Part shown: positions 28,183-38,414 of the stretch, one piece after another
How positions within the stretch are numbered: position 1 is the first letter of the stretch
Layout: each line of letters begins with the position of its first letter
Made by a program: the position numbers and the translations under genes
Notes under the pieces: model-generated
The model's database searches: none
The model's input: only the letters and a program-made list of their open reading frames with translations
Told to the model about the DNA's origin: nothing
NCBI GenBank assembly: GCA_038045945.1
Contig: JBBSXC010000005.1
Location: 1 to 60,344, forward strand
Reading direction: 5' to 3'
DNA from: Nanobdellota archaeon
GTDB taxonomy: Archaea; Nanobdellota; Nanobdellia; Pacearchaeales; GW2011-AR1
Length of the DNA: 60,344 bases

Positions 28183-28815
28183 TTATTCTACTCTCCCTTC
28201 TAAATCAGAAAACAATTTCTTGTTTAATTCTCTCATATTATCCCTAAGATCCCCATCTTTCAAAATTTTCTCCATAGAGATATAATTAGGATCCTCTCTT
28301 CCTTGGGGCATTAGGTGTTCTAACAATAATAGAGAGGCATCAATAGCTTTATCCGAATAAGAATTAAACCCGTCACTCCCTCTAAAAACAGAAATGAAGG
28401 CTTGATTAAAGTCACCATCAGACAAATCATCTGGAAATATACGATTAGCTTCTCTCCTAACACGACCTACAAATCTTGACAGAGTTCCATAGACTCTAGC
28501 AAAATCATTCTTAACGTGACGCTCTTCAATAGAAAGAGTACTCTTTTTATCAAACAAGGCCTCCATAGTCGCGTAACCCTGAGAAAAATAAGAAGAGGCA
28601 ATTCTAACTTGACCCTCAGTAGAAGCAACCTCATACATTCTTGTTAGACCTTCTTCTCTTTCTTCCCCTGAAAGATTATCCATTGAAAATATAGAACGAC
28701 TCAGAACTTCTCGCCATTTCTTCTCTTCAACTTCAGTAAATGATTTTTTCATACGAGCAGCGTACCATCTATCTAACTCTTTTAATACATACTCTCGAGA
28801 CCTAATATTTTTCAT
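28183..28815 (-). CDS. hypothetical protein
   Basis: 210-aa helical ORF. Confidence 0.65.
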   Translation of the reverse strand: MKNIRSREYVLKELDRWYAARMKKSFTEVEEKKWREVLSRSIFSMDNLSGEEREEGLTRMYEVASTEGQVRIASSYFSQGYATMEALFDKKSTLSIEERHVKNDFARVYGTLSRFVGRVRREANRIFPDDLSDGDFNQAFISVFRGSDGFNSYSDKAIDASLLLLEHLMPQGREDPNYISMEKILKDGDLRDNMRELNKKLFSDLEGRVE

Positions 28816-28879
28816 AAACTATATAGAAAAAACAAGCTTTTAAAACTAACGATTTATGTAACTATATAGAAGTAACAAT

Positions 28880-30376
28880 TTAGTAGCTTTTACCAATATA
28901 AGACCAATCTTTCGCCGCGGTAGTGCAGAAGGTGCACTTTTTGTTCTTTAAAGATTCTCTAGTTTGTTCTATAGGACTCATTAAAACTTTTATTCCATCA
29001 GCTTTAGTTCTCATTTCTTCTTCACATTCTTTTCTTCCGCAAAGAGCGGAAAGAACTGTGAATCCCTCATCTACAAACTTTATTACATCTTTTGAATTAT
29101 TACTATCCTTAAATTTTGAATGAAGAAACTTCATAGCATTTTTGTATAACTCATCATGAATATCATTAAGTATTTTGTTAGCTTGCTTCTTAACTTCAGT
29201 CGCTTTAACAATAACTTTTTCTCCATTATTTCTTTTAACCATAACCACAGATTTTTTCTCAATATCTTTAGGGCCTATCTCAATACGTAAAGGAATGCCT
29301 TTTAGTTCCCAATCACTAAACTTGAAACCAGGACTGTAAGAGTCACGATCATCAAGAATAGGGTTTAGTTCTGATAATTCATCAACAACCTTTTTTGCTT
29401 CTTTAAGGACAACATTGCGATTACTTTCATTATATATTGGTACGACTACCACCTTGTTATAAGCAACCCTAGGAGGAAGAACTAATCCTTTATCATCACT
29501 ATGAGTCATTACTGTTGCACCTATTAAACGAGTTGATATACCCCAAGAATTCTGCCAGGGTAAAATGTTTTCTCCTTGCCGACCTAAAGGACTAATACCG
29601 AAAGATTTTGCGAATCCTTGACCAAGATTATGAGAAGTACCACACTGTAATGATTTACCATCAGGCATTATTCCCTCAATAGTTGTCGTGTACAAAGCAC
29701 CAGCAAACTTTTCTTTCTCACTCTTAATCCCCTGAATTACAGGTAAGGCTAATAATTCTTTACAAATATTTGCGTACTCACTAAGATACATTAATGTTTC
29801 ATTATCACACTCTTCCTTTGTTTCATAAACACAATGTCCTTCCTGCCACAAAAATTCTCTAGTTCTCAAAAATAAACGAGTCGTTTTTGTTTCCCATCTA
29901 ACAACGTTAGCCCACTGATTAATCCTCAATGGTAAATCACGATAACTTCTAACCCATTTACTATAAGAATCATACATTATTGTTTCACTTGTTGGCCTAA
30001 TAGCTAATCTCTCCGAATCATCACCTTTTTCTTTAGCAATCCAAGCAACTTCAGGACTAAAACCTTGCGCGTGCTCACTCTCCTTCTTAAAAAAGCTTTC
30101 AGGAATAAGCAAAGGAAAATAAGCGTTTCTAACACCTAATACTTTTAGTCTTTCATTAAAATAATCCTGTACCTTTTGCCAAATGTAATAAGCATTAGGA
30201 CGAATAACCATGAATCCTTTAACTGGAGAATAATCAGCGAGTTCAGCTTTCTGCACCACTTCAGGATACCACTCAGAAAAATCCTCATTCTTCTTATGAC
30301 TCATACCAAGACCAGACTTAGAATCGCCAGGTTTAGAAACCTTAACAGAATCTTTTTTATCACTACCTTTAACCAT
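28880..30376 (-). CDS. proS: proline--tRNA ligase (archaeal/eukaryotic type)
   Basis: FSEWY, RPTSET, QWANVVRWE, FLRTREFLWQEGH, QCGTSHNLG, SWGISTR and C-terminal KSY. Confidence 0.96.
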   Translation of the reverse strand: MVKGSDKKDSVKVSKPGDSKSGLGMSHKKNEDFSEWYPEVVQKAELADYSPVKGFMVIRPNAYYIWQKVQDYFNERLKVLGVRNAYFPLLIPESFFKKESEHAQGFSPEVAWIAKEKGDDSERLAIRPTSETIMYDSYSKWVRSYRDLPLRINQWANVVRWETKTTRLFLRTREFLWQEGHCVYETKEECDNETLMYLSEYANICKELLALPVIQGIKSEKEKFAGALYTTTIEGIMPDGKSLQCGTSHNLGQGFAKSFGISPLGRQGENILPWQNSWGISTRLIGATVMTHSDDKGLVLPPRVAYNKVVVVPIYNESNRNVVLKEAKKVVDELSELNPILDDRDSYSPGFKFSDWELKGIPLRIEIGPKDIEKKSVVMVKRNNGEKVIVKATEVKKQANKILNDIHDELYKNAMKFLHSKFKDSNNSKDVIKFVDEGFTVLSALCGRKECEEEMRTKADGIKVLMSPIEQTRESLKNKKCTFCTTAAKDWSYIGKSY

Positions 30377-30423
30377 TAATTATCCTAGATTAAAGATTTT
30401 ATAAAGGTAATGTGGAGAAGTTT

Positions 30424-31020
30424 TTAAACACTAATCTGAACTTCTTTGCGATAATGATTTACCATATCCCTAACAACACAACAATCTTCATAAGCCTCAA
30501 CCCGAACTTTACTTTCTAAATCTTGAGCCATCCTCTCGTGAAAATTTCTTATTTCAGAATCAGTTCTTTGACCATCGAGCATCATCCTAACAGACAAATC
30601 CAGCTCCCGTTTATTATTAGAAGAAGGATTAGCATGATATTCTAAAAATGAGTGAACATAAGATCTTTCTCTATAACCCTGAGCTAAACCTAATAACCCA
30701 TAAATTGCATCATCCTTAAATTTTTTAGCAGGACCTAAAACCCTTTCTTTGAAATGCTCACGCATTTTTTCTAACATCCCCGCGTTTTGACTGTGACCAG
30801 CTTTTTTTGCCAAATCAAGATGAACATCAATTTCTCTAAGAAGAGGTTTTAACTCGCCAAGAGATCTTCGCGAAAGGATAAAAGCAATTCTTTCAGTCTG
30901 ACTAGACTCTTCAGGATAAGAATCACTAAAAGAAAAAGAGTTCATATAGAGGTTTCCAAGTCTTGAAGTTCTCCAAGTCTCAATAGTTCCCGGATCATAC
31001 TGAATTAAAGGACTGACCAT
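30424..31020 (-). CDS. hypothetical protein with UVR-like motif (two-module paralog)
   Basis: W.TSRLG shared with the next gene; C-terminal EAYEDCCVVRD. Confidence 0.7.
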   Translation of the reverse strand: MVSPLIQYDPGTIETWRTSRLGNLYMNSFSFSDSYPEESSQTERIAFILSRRSLGELKPLLREIDVHLDLAKKAGHSQNAGMLEKMREHFKERVLGPAKKFKDDAIYGLLGLAQGYRERSYVHSFLEYHANPSSNNKRELDLSVRMMLDGQRTDSEIRNFHERMAQDLESKVRVEAYEDCCVVRDMVNHYRKEVQISV

Positions 31021-31082
31021 TCAGCATAAGAGAAAAAACTACTATTAATAAAAATTTGTGTTATCAAAAATGAGAGAAATTT

Positions 31083-31370
31083 TTATCCCAAAGCTTTAAC
31101 TTCATAATATCTTAATGCTTCTCTAAGAACAGCCGCCCTTTTGTAATCCTCTTCAACACAATTATCTTTCATATGACCCTCAATCATTCTTACAACACCC
31201 ATTCTTTCAGAAAGAGGCCTTTTAGATAAGAGTTCTGCGACTATTTCTAATTGTTCTAAATCTTCAGGGTTTCTTCTGCTCTCAGAAAAATAATTAATAA
31301 AAGCAGCGCCGAGACGACTAGTAGACCAATAATCCATTTCATCAGGCGAACGTTTTAACAAATTACTCAT
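31083..31370 (-). CDS. hypothetical protein with UVR-like motif (one-module paralog)
   Basis: WSTSRLG...EEDYKRAAVLRE; the start may lie as far upstream as 31403. Confidence 0.65.
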   Translation of the reverse strand: MSNLLKRSPDEMDYWSTSRLGAAFINYFSESRRNPEDLEQLEIVAELLSKRPLSERMGVVRMIEGHMKDNCVEEDYKRAAVLREALRYYEVKALG

Positions 31371-31428
31371 AAATAATTCCATATTCGCGACATTTTTAAA
31401 CACTTGCGACGTCCGTTTATTTAACTAT

Positions 31429-31500
31429 GGACCCATAGTTCAATGGATAGAATAAGGGACTTCGGATCCCTTGATGGGGGTTCGACTCCTCCTGGGTCCA
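31429..31500 (+). tRNA. tRNA-Arg(TCG)
   Basis: GGACCCA...AGGGA-CTTCGGA-TCCCT...GGTTCGACTCC...TGGGTCC-A. Confidence 0.95.
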
Positions 31501-31537
31501 TAACTAAAAAAAAGTAAAAAATGGTGAATTATAAAAA

Positions 31538-32665
31538 ATGAAAGGTGACACAAAATTATTATTACAAGGAATAACAGCACAAAGCGGAACGATAATAGGC
31601 GCAGGATTTTTAGGAATCCCTTACGCTATGAACAAAGCTGGCTTCTTCACAGGCCTTGCGTACATCATTGGAATAGGAATGATAATGTTACTTGTTAATT
31701 TGTATTATGCAGAAATAATACTGCGAACAAACAAAATACACCAACACCCAGGATACGCAGAAAAATATTTAGGAAAGAAGGGAAAAAGAATATCATTCAT
31801 AGCATTACTAGTTGGAGCTTACGCAATGTTTTTAGCGTACCTACTAGCAGAAGGACAAAGCCTATCAACACTATTTTTCGGAAACACCAGCCACGTGTTA
31901 GAATTCGGAACATTATTCTTCATACTTATGTCTTATCTGAGCATCCGAGGAATGAAAGCATTCAAAAAATACGAACTTTTCGGGAGTCTAATGGTAATAA
32001 TGATAACAGCACTATTAGTATACCAGTATTATCCTCAAATAAGCGTAGAAAAATTATCAAAATTCAATCCAGACTTTTTAGCTTTACCATTTGGAATAGT
32101 TTTGTTTTCTTTTTTAGGAATTGACGGAATACCAGGAGTTCGAATGATCCTGTCAAGAAATGAAAGATTAATGAAGAAGTCAATAATAATATCAAGTATA
32201 ATACCAATACTTGTTTACACAGCTTTCTCATTAGTTGTTGATTCAAGCTTTACCAACATACCACAAATAGCAACACTAGCATTAGGAAAAATATTCATAG
32301 TTTTAGGGATACTATCAATGTTCACAGCATACTTCTCAACAAGTCTAACACTAAAAGACTCATTCCAAATAGACCATGGACACCACCCAGTATTAGCATG
32401 GTTTTTTGCGATATGCTTACCATTCATAATATTCTTACTAGTAGTTAACTACGGCTTTTTACAATTTGTAGACATATTAAGTATTGGAGGAGTAGTATTA
32501 GGAGGAATTTATGGAATAATGACACTAATAATGGTACACAAAGCAAAAAAGTACGGAGACAGAAAACCAGAATTCACAATAATGAACAATTGGGCAATAA
32601 GCGCATCAATAGCACTAATATTCTTAGCAGGAATAATATGGACAATAATACAAGTATTAAGGTAA
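31538..32665 (+). CDS. aromatic amino acid permease family transporter (APC fold)
   Basis: GTIIGAGFLGIPY, about 11 TM helices and C-terminal GDRKPEF. Confidence 0.85.
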   Translation: MKGDTKLLLQGITAQSGTIIGAGFLGIPYAMNKAGFFTGLAYIIGIGMIMLLVNLYYAEIILRTNKIHQHPGYAEKYLGKKGKRISFIALLVGAYAMFLAYLLAEGQSLSTLFFGNTSHVLEFGTLFFILMSYLSIRGMKAFKKYELFGSLMVIMITALLVYQYYPQISVEKLSKFNPDFLALPFGIVLFSFLGIDGIPGVRMILSRNERLMKKSIIISSIIPILVYTAFSLVVDSSFTNIPQIATLALGKIFIVLGILSMFTAYFSTSLTLKDSFQIDHGHHPVLAWFFAICLPFIIFLLVVNYGFLQFVDILSIGGVVLGGIYGIMTLIMVHKAKKYGDRKPEFTIMNNWAISASIALIFLAGIIWTIIQVLR

Positions 32666-33715
32666 TTACTTCTTTTTTAAGTTTTCAGCAAACAACTTCT
32701 TAAATCTTAAAACGTCTTCAGCAGGCATACTACTACCAACAGCGTTCTTATGACCACCACCAGTAGCACCATCAATTTCCTTGATAGCGTCAGTAGCAGC
32801 CTTAAGAACAGCAGTTTTTGAACGAATAGAAATATTTGCCTTAGCACCCATAATATAACAAACAAGTATTACCTTATCAGGAAAATGGTGGAATAACTCA
32901 TCAGAAATATCAGCAGACATGGACATATCACCGCCATACTGAAAATAAACAATACCATCCTCAGGAACAGAACTCTTAGCCTTAGAAATTAACTGCTGAT
33001 ACTTACCATTAATAAAAGAATAACGATCCAAAACAGTATTAGCACCAGACTCCTGAAAAACATCACTAGGAGACTTAACAGCACACAAAAACTTTATTGA
33101 TGATATAACGTTAGTAGTTTTATCTTTCAAACCAAAAGAAAAAATCATACCTATCTTACCAATTTGAGTTTTATACCTTCCTTCAGAAGCATTACTAACC
33201 TCACGCCAATAATCAGGGTACTGCGCGTGCAAATCAGAAGAAAAATCCGGCAAGTAAGCATCAGCTAAACAACCAACCATAGCAAGCCACATATCCTCCT
33301 TCCTTTTAGTAACTAGCCAACACCAATAAGTTGTAGGTTCACTAGAAGGATTCTTAGAATTTTGCAAAGGATTATAGTACTCTACACCCTCAAGGTTTGA
33401 TGGAGGGGTAACATCATGATGATCAATCCAAACAACAGGAATATTCTTTTGTCTTGCCATATCCAAAAAGTCAGGAGAAACTAATGCTTTATCAAGTATG
33501 AATAAACAATCAGGATTAAACTCATCAAGCTTACGAGAATAAGTAGTGTTAAGCTCAGGAAAAGACTTCACAGGAAAACCCTTACCACGATCAATAAACC
33601 TCCTAAGAAGTAAAAAACTTACAAGACCATCAGTATCATTGTCAAATAAAAAAAGAGGGTTTTGAGACTCTAATAGACGCTCCCTAATAGAAGAAATTTG
33701 TTCTGGAGTAAGCAT
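32666..33715 (-). CDS. DHH/DHHA1 phosphoesterase (RecJ/NrnA-like)
   Basis: DNDTDG, ILD, IDHH and GGGHKNAVG. Confidence 0.88.
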   Translation of the reverse strand: MLTPEQISSIRERLLESQNPLFLFDNDTDGLVSFLLLRRFIDRGKGFPVKSFPELNTTYSRKLDEFNPDCLFILDKALVSPDFLDMARQKNIPVVWIDHHDVTPPSNLEGVEYYNPLQNSKNPSSEPTTYWCWLVTKRKEDMWLAMVGCLADAYLPDFSSDLHAQYPDYWREVSNASEGRYKTQIGKIGMIFSFGLKDKTTNVISSIKFLCAVKSPSDVFQESGANTVLDRYSFINGKYQQLISKAKSSVPEDGIVYFQYGGDMSMSADISDELFHHFPDKVILVCYIMGAKANISIRSKTAVLKAATDAIKEIDGATGGGHKNAVGSSMPAEDVLRFKKLFAENLKKK

Positions 33716-33804
33716 TAAATGACCTAACACGCAGGATTTTTAAACTTCTCTACTATCAATAGTTTATATAAAAGTTTAAAAGAGGCAAGGTATAACAATA
33801 AACA

Positions 33805-36591
33805 ATGGTTAAAGGCGGTGCTAAAGAAGTGAATGTAGCTTGGAGAGCATTCTCGATACTAATAGTCCTAGGAATCCTAGGAGTTGCAATTTTAGGAGGA
33901 AAACCATTACTAACAGCTTTTGTAGTATCAGAGAGCGATTATAACGCACAAATATCAGAATCAGTAACTAACCAAGTACAAGAGGATGGTCAGGCAAGAG
34001 TAATAATAAAACTAAAAGATGAAGACGGATTAAAAGCAGCAGTGCTTGACGACACGACAGACTTATCTAAAAAATTATCAGACACTAATTACATTTCAGA
34101 AGAAAACAAAATAGTCTCAGCAGACATTAACACTGAAGAATTACAATCATTAGAAACAAACCCAGCAGTAAGTGAAGTTACATCAGTAAGAGAATTATCA
34201 TTCTTCTTACAAGACGCTAACAGAATAATAAACTCTACAAACACTTGGACTTACCAAATTAACGGCAGCAACATAACAGGAGCAGGACAAACAATTTGCG
34301 TAATAGACACAGGAATAAACTTCACACATAACGACCTAGCAGGAAAAAACGCATTAGGATCAGCAGCAAACATTGATTGCGTAAACAAAAACTGTGTAGC
34401 AAACGAATCAGTAAGCGATGATCACGGACATGGAACATTCGTTGCTGGAATAGCAGTAGCAAATGGAAACATTAAAGGAGTAGCACCAGAAGCAAAAGCT
34501 ATCGGAGTAAAAGTACTAAACTCACAAGGAGCAGGATACGAAGACGACTTAAAGAAGGGAATGGAGTGGTGCATAACTAACGCAGCAACTTATAACATAA
34601 CAACAATAAGCTTAAGTTTAGGAACAAGCACATTATACACTAGTTCATGCGATAATGTAGACGATGACTTAAACATAACAGCAACAGTAAACAGTGCAGT
34701 AAGCGCAGGCATTGGAGTAATAGCAGCAACAGGAAACCAAGGAAGTGTGAGCGGAATAGCTTCCCCTGCATGCATAAGCAATGCAGTAGCAGTTGGAGCA
34801 GTTGACAAAAGCGATAACCCAGTATTTAACAGAAACGCAATCACAGACCTATTAGCACCAGGATCAAACATTAACTCAACAACAATAACTGGAAGTTACA
34901 CGACACTTTCAGGAACAAGCATGTCAACACCACAAGTTTCAGGAGCATTCGCACTACTAAGACAATTCTACAATTTACAAAACGGCACTAACCCAAGCGT
35001 AAGCTTAATAGAAAACGCACTTAAGAATAACGGAAAAATAATTAATGATACATCATCAGGCAACATCTTAAGAAGAATTGACGTTTACGCAAGTATAATG
35101 GCATTATCAGGAAACATAAGCCAACAAAACACAACAAACAGTACAAACACTACTAATCAAACTCAAAATAACCAAACATTTTACATAACAACAACTCTTC
35201 AATCACCAGCAGAAGGATACTACATTAAGAATCAAGCAACAAACCAAGTATTTTCATGCACAGCGTCAACAAACCAAAGCAATGCTAACTTAACAACAAC
35301 AAGCCTAATATTGTGGAATTCAACAGGAAGCCAAACTTACAGAGAGACATACACATACAACATAACAAACAATACTAATAATGCAAGCATAAACTACACT
35401 TACAACATATCATCATTAATATCAGGAACTTACTACTGGAATTGTTACACCACGGACGACAGCAACAATACGGGCATGGCACAGAGCAATAAAACAATAA
35501 TAAAAGACTTAAACGCACCACAATTAGTATTACTAGGACCAGCAGATCAGGCAAATAACCAAACATCTAACACAATAAAGTTCACATTTAACGTTACTGA
35601 TAATTACGAAATAATGACTTGTAACCTAACAAAAGACGGAACAGTAGTCCAAACAAAAGCAAACGTTAGTTCAAGCACAGCATTCTTTTACCAATCAATT
35701 TATACAGGACAATACTTATGGAATATTAATTGCACCGATAACTCAGGAAACACTAACGCGTCCGAAACAAGAACATTATTAGTTAATTTTGGAACAGCAC
35801 CAACAAACACAAGCAATACTAGCAGTGGAGGATCGTCTTCTGGATCCGGGGGAAGTGGAGGATCATCAAGTAGCAGTTCCGATAGTGGTGAAAGCGTAGA
35901 AAAAAAGCCGCAAATATATTCTATATCAAGCGCTGATGCTTACTCAGGAAAAAACTATAAGTTAGTATCTCAAGACCAAATAAAATTCAAAATATTTAAG
36001 GAAGGAGTAGAAAAAGAAAATACTCTAATAGTTGAAGCTTTAGGACAACAAACAGCAAGACTTTTATTCTTAGAAAAGAAGATTAGACAAACAATGATAC
36101 TAGGAGAAGAAAAATCATTCTCAGTAGAACACACAGACAAAACTGACGTAACAATAAAGGTTAACGGAATAACAGCAGGAGTGTTAGACTTAACAATAAA
36201 GTCACTCGTAGCTCCACCAACGCCAGCAGCAACACCAACAAACAACACGGCTACAACAAACCAGAACAATCCAACAACAACAGGAAACGTAGTTAAGGAT
36301 CAAGAAACACAAAGAAATAGCACAATGACAGCATGGATAAGCGGATTCGTTGTCGGAATAAGAGAAAATTCAAATTACGCAATAGCAATAGGAATAATTA
36401 TAGGAGTACTAGTAATATATTACGTTGTTAGCAGATTCATAAAAAGAAAGAAAGACAAAACAGGAAATAAAGACGTAACAAAACAAAAAAACGAAAAGTC
36501 AAAAAAAGATAGTAACAAAAAAGACAAATCAGAACTAATTAAGAAAGAAGAATTAGACAAAGTACTTGATGAAATGGAAGAAAAAGAATAA
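33805..36591 (+). CDS. membrane-anchored S8 (subtilisin-like) serine protease
   Basis: Signal/TM segment, prodomain, triad VIDTG / HGHGT / GTSMS, Asn/Thr-rich Ig-like region and C-terminal TM. Confidence 0.92.
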   Translation: MVKGGAKEVNVAWRAFSILIVLGILGVAILGGKPLLTAFVVSESDYNAQISESVTNQVQEDGQARVIIKLKDEDGLKAAVLDDTTDLSKKLSDTNYISEENKIVSADINTEELQSLETNPAVSEVTSVRELSFFLQDANRIINSTNTWTYQINGSNITGAGQTICVIDTGINFTHNDLAGKNALGSAANIDCVNKNCVANESVSDDHGHGTFVAGIAVANGNIKGVAPEAKAIGVKVLNSQGAGYEDDLKKGMEWCITNAATYNITTISLSLGTSTLYTSSCDNVDDDLNITATVNSAVSAGIGVIAATGNQGSVSGIASPACISNAVAVGAVDKSDNPVFNRNAITDLLAPGSNINSTTITGSYTTLSGTSMSTPQVSGAFALLRQFYNLQNGTNPSVSLIENALKNNGKIINDTSSGNILRRIDVYASIMALSGNISQQNTTNSTNTTNQTQNNQTFYITTTLQSPAEGYYIKNQATNQVFSCTASTNQSNANLTTTSLILWNSTGSQTYRETYTYNITNNTNNASINYTYNISSLISGTYYWNCYTTDDSNNTGMAQSNKTIIKDLNAPQLVLLGPADQANNQTSNTIKFTFNVTDNYEIMTCNLTKDGTVVQTKANVSSSTAFFYQSIYTGQYLWNINCTDNSGNTNASETRTLLVNFGTAPTNTSNTSSGGSSSGSGGSGGSSSSSSDSGESVEKKPQIYSISSADAYSGKNYKLVSQDQIKFKIFKEGVEKENTLIVEALGQQTARLLFLEKKIRQTMILGEEKSFSVEHTDKTDVTIKVNGITAGVLDLTIKSLVAPPTPAATPTNNTATTNQNNPTTTGNVVKDQETQRNSTMTAWISGFVVGIRENSNYAIAIGIIIGVLVIYYVVSRFIKRKKDKTGNKDVTKQKNEKSKKDSNKKDKSELIKKEELDKVLDEMEEKE

Positions 36592-36626
36592 AAGCTAATA
36601 ATTCTTATAAATAAAGTAGGTTAACA

Positions 36627-36908
36627 ATGCAAAAAAGACTCAGACCAACACTTAGAGAAAAGAAAAGATACTTATTAATAAAAGCTAATAAAGAACAAAC
36701 AGAAAAAGCAATTCTAGAATTCATAGGCATTTTAGGTTACGCTAAGGCAGGAATAAAGTTTGTTAAGGACGAAAAGACCCCAGTAGAACACTCAATACTA
36801 GCAATTAACAGAGAAAAACTTAATGAAGTTAGAGCAAGCTTAATGTTCAAAGAAATAACAATAAAAAAAGTTAGCGGAACAATAAAAGGATTATTAGGGA
36901 AAAAATAG
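36627..36908 (+). CDS. rnp2: RNase P protein Pop5/Rpp14
   Basis: LRPTLREKKRY, G.LGYAKAG and VSGTIKGL. Confidence 0.88.
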   Translation: MQKRLRPTLREKKRYLLIKANKEQTEKAILEFIGILGYAKAGIKFVKDEKTPVEHSILAINREKLNEVRASLMFKEITIKKVSGTIKGLLGKK

Positions 36909-36912
36909 TTTT

Positions 36913-38064
36913 TTAGAAAGGAATATCATCAAAACTAACCTCTTCATCTCGCTCACCAGAAGCCCTACGTTGATTATCAAGACTGCCCCTAGCTTTATTT
37001 CCTTTATTTGTAACGACGCCACGATTACCCCTATCACAAGTAATGCTTTGATCATTACCAGACTCAGAAGTATTTTTAGAACCAGAGGAACTTTCTTCTG
37101 TCTTTCTAGAATGCCAAGAATAATAAGAGTAAGATAAAACATCAATAATCCCCCCTTCAACCCCATCTTCTGAAGCAATAGAGGCTAAATCTTCATTAAG
37201 ATAATAAGTTTCGGCTTCTCCAGCATCAGCAAATCTTGGACCTCCATAATAATCACCATCATCAAAACCTTCGTTTTCTAAATCATCTAAATGATCACTC
37301 GAGTCAAAGTATTCATAAGCTTCCTGATTAGCCTTATCTCTTTCACGATAACTTCCAGCAACAATAGAGTTTTCATCATTAACTTTGTCAAAACCATTAT
37401 CATAATCAGCACGATCATAATTTTCCTTAGTTTCAACAGCACTAACATCATCAAAGTCTGGAGCAAGATCTTTCAGGTCAGGACGCCAATAAAGAGCAAA
37501 GCGAGTAAGGTGATCAAGAAGATCAGCAGGCCTCTCCCCCACAGGAGGACTAGGATAATTGCTAACTGCGACCTCATCACTAGAAGAAGTATGATAAGTT
37601 GATGAACGAGCCCGAGGAGGGGGAGATCTAGAACCAACAGATAAACCACCAGCGTTAGATGAAATACCCTCGCCAGGAGCAAGAACGGGATTAGCAGGAA
37701 GAACTTTAACAACGGGCTTAGTATAATAAAGCTCAGGATGGGTAAAAAAAGGAATTTTCAAACCATTTTCACGAACCAAATCTTCCAAAGTTACATGCCT
37801 CCTAGCTATCTCAGTAATATGAGCCACAAAACTTTGATCCGCAGGACCAAGATTAGTAGTAGCAGGATCCCTACTAAAAACTTGGGGACTGGAAACAGCC
37901 AATTCCATTAAGGCACCGTAAACCTCTCTAGAGTCTCTAGTTTTAAAATTACCAGTTTTACCACCAAGAATAGGGTAAGAAACTAAGTAACCCGTATTAG
38001 CGCCGTGAATAATTGTAACAGGAGAATCATATAAACTTCTCACCGACTTTTTATCATCATCCAT
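36913..38064 (-). CDS. hypothetical acidic protein ending in SSB-like FDDIPF
   Basis: 383 aa with an acidic, low-complexity C-terminal half ending ...DEEVSFDDIPF*. Confidence 0.75.
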   Translation of the reverse strand: MDDDKKSVRSLYDSPVTIIHGANTGYLVSYPILGGKTGNFKTRDSREVYGALMELAVSSPQVFSRDPATTNLGPADQSFVAHITEIARRHVTLEDLVRENGLKIPFFTHPELYYTKPVVKVLPANPVLAPGEGISSNAGGLSVGSRSPPPRARSSTYHTSSSDEVAVSNYPSPPVGERPADLLDHLTRFALYWRPDLKDLAPDFDDVSAVETKENYDRADYDNGFDKVNDENSIVAGSYRERDKANQEAYEYFDSSDHLDDLENEGFDDGDYYGGPRFADAGEAETYYLNEDLASIASEDGVEGGIIDVLSYSYYSWHSRKTEESSSGSKNTSESGNDQSITCDRGNRGVVTNKGNKARGSLDNQRRASGERDEEVSFDDIPF

Positions 38065-38184
38065 GAGTAATATTAACCATTAAGGATTTTAAGCATTATT
38101 GTAATTAAAAAACAATAATAAAAGATTATTTTTCCACAAACCTTCAAGAATAATAATTCTTAAGGTCTTGAGGCTTATATGGAA

Positions 38185-38193
38185 CAAAAAACC
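38185..38193 (+). repeat. left 9-bp target-site duplication CAAAAAACC
   Basis: An identical 9-mer lies at 43968-43976; each copy directly abuts a TIR. Confidence 0.93.
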
Positions 38194-38210
38194 GGCTTTG
38201 TGTAAGAAGT
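38194..38210 (+). repeat. left terminal inverted repeat GGCTTTGTGTAAGAAGT
   Basis: Exact reverse complement of 43951-43967. Confidence 0.95.
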
Positions 38211-38242
38211 CCTTGTAATTGATTACTTTTTACACAGAAAAA

Positions 38243-38383
38243 TTAGTTTGGTATCATGTCTATTTCAAAGACGTTTTTCTTAATATCTACTGTGAATACC
38301 ATTTTAGGCATTTTATCTCCGAACTCTTTATGCGTCTCTTCTAAAAAATACTTTATGTCTTGTTGCACTTCTTTTAGTTCCAC
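38243..38383 (-). CDS. small hypothetical protein (46 aa, GTG start), transposon cargo
   Basis: MELKEVQQDIKYFLEETHKEFGDKMPKMVFTVDIKKNVFEIDMIPN, with TTTAAATA about 25 nt upstream; below the ORF-track cutoff. Confidence 0.5.
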   Translation of the reverse strand: MELKEVQQDIKYFLEETHKEFGDKMPKMVFTVDIKKNVFEIDMIPN

Positions 38384-38414
38384 AAGAATGTTAATGATAA
38401 GCTTTTATTTAAAC

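Noticed and set aside
2233-31500. tRNA genes as integration sites or intron carriers
   Set aside because: No duplicated tRNA 3' ends or adjacent integrase were seen, and all three are uninterrupted 71-72-nt cloverleaves.
36913-38064. DDIPF-tail gene as transposon cargo
   Set aside because: It lies outside the left TIR and TSD and shows host-like strand bias.
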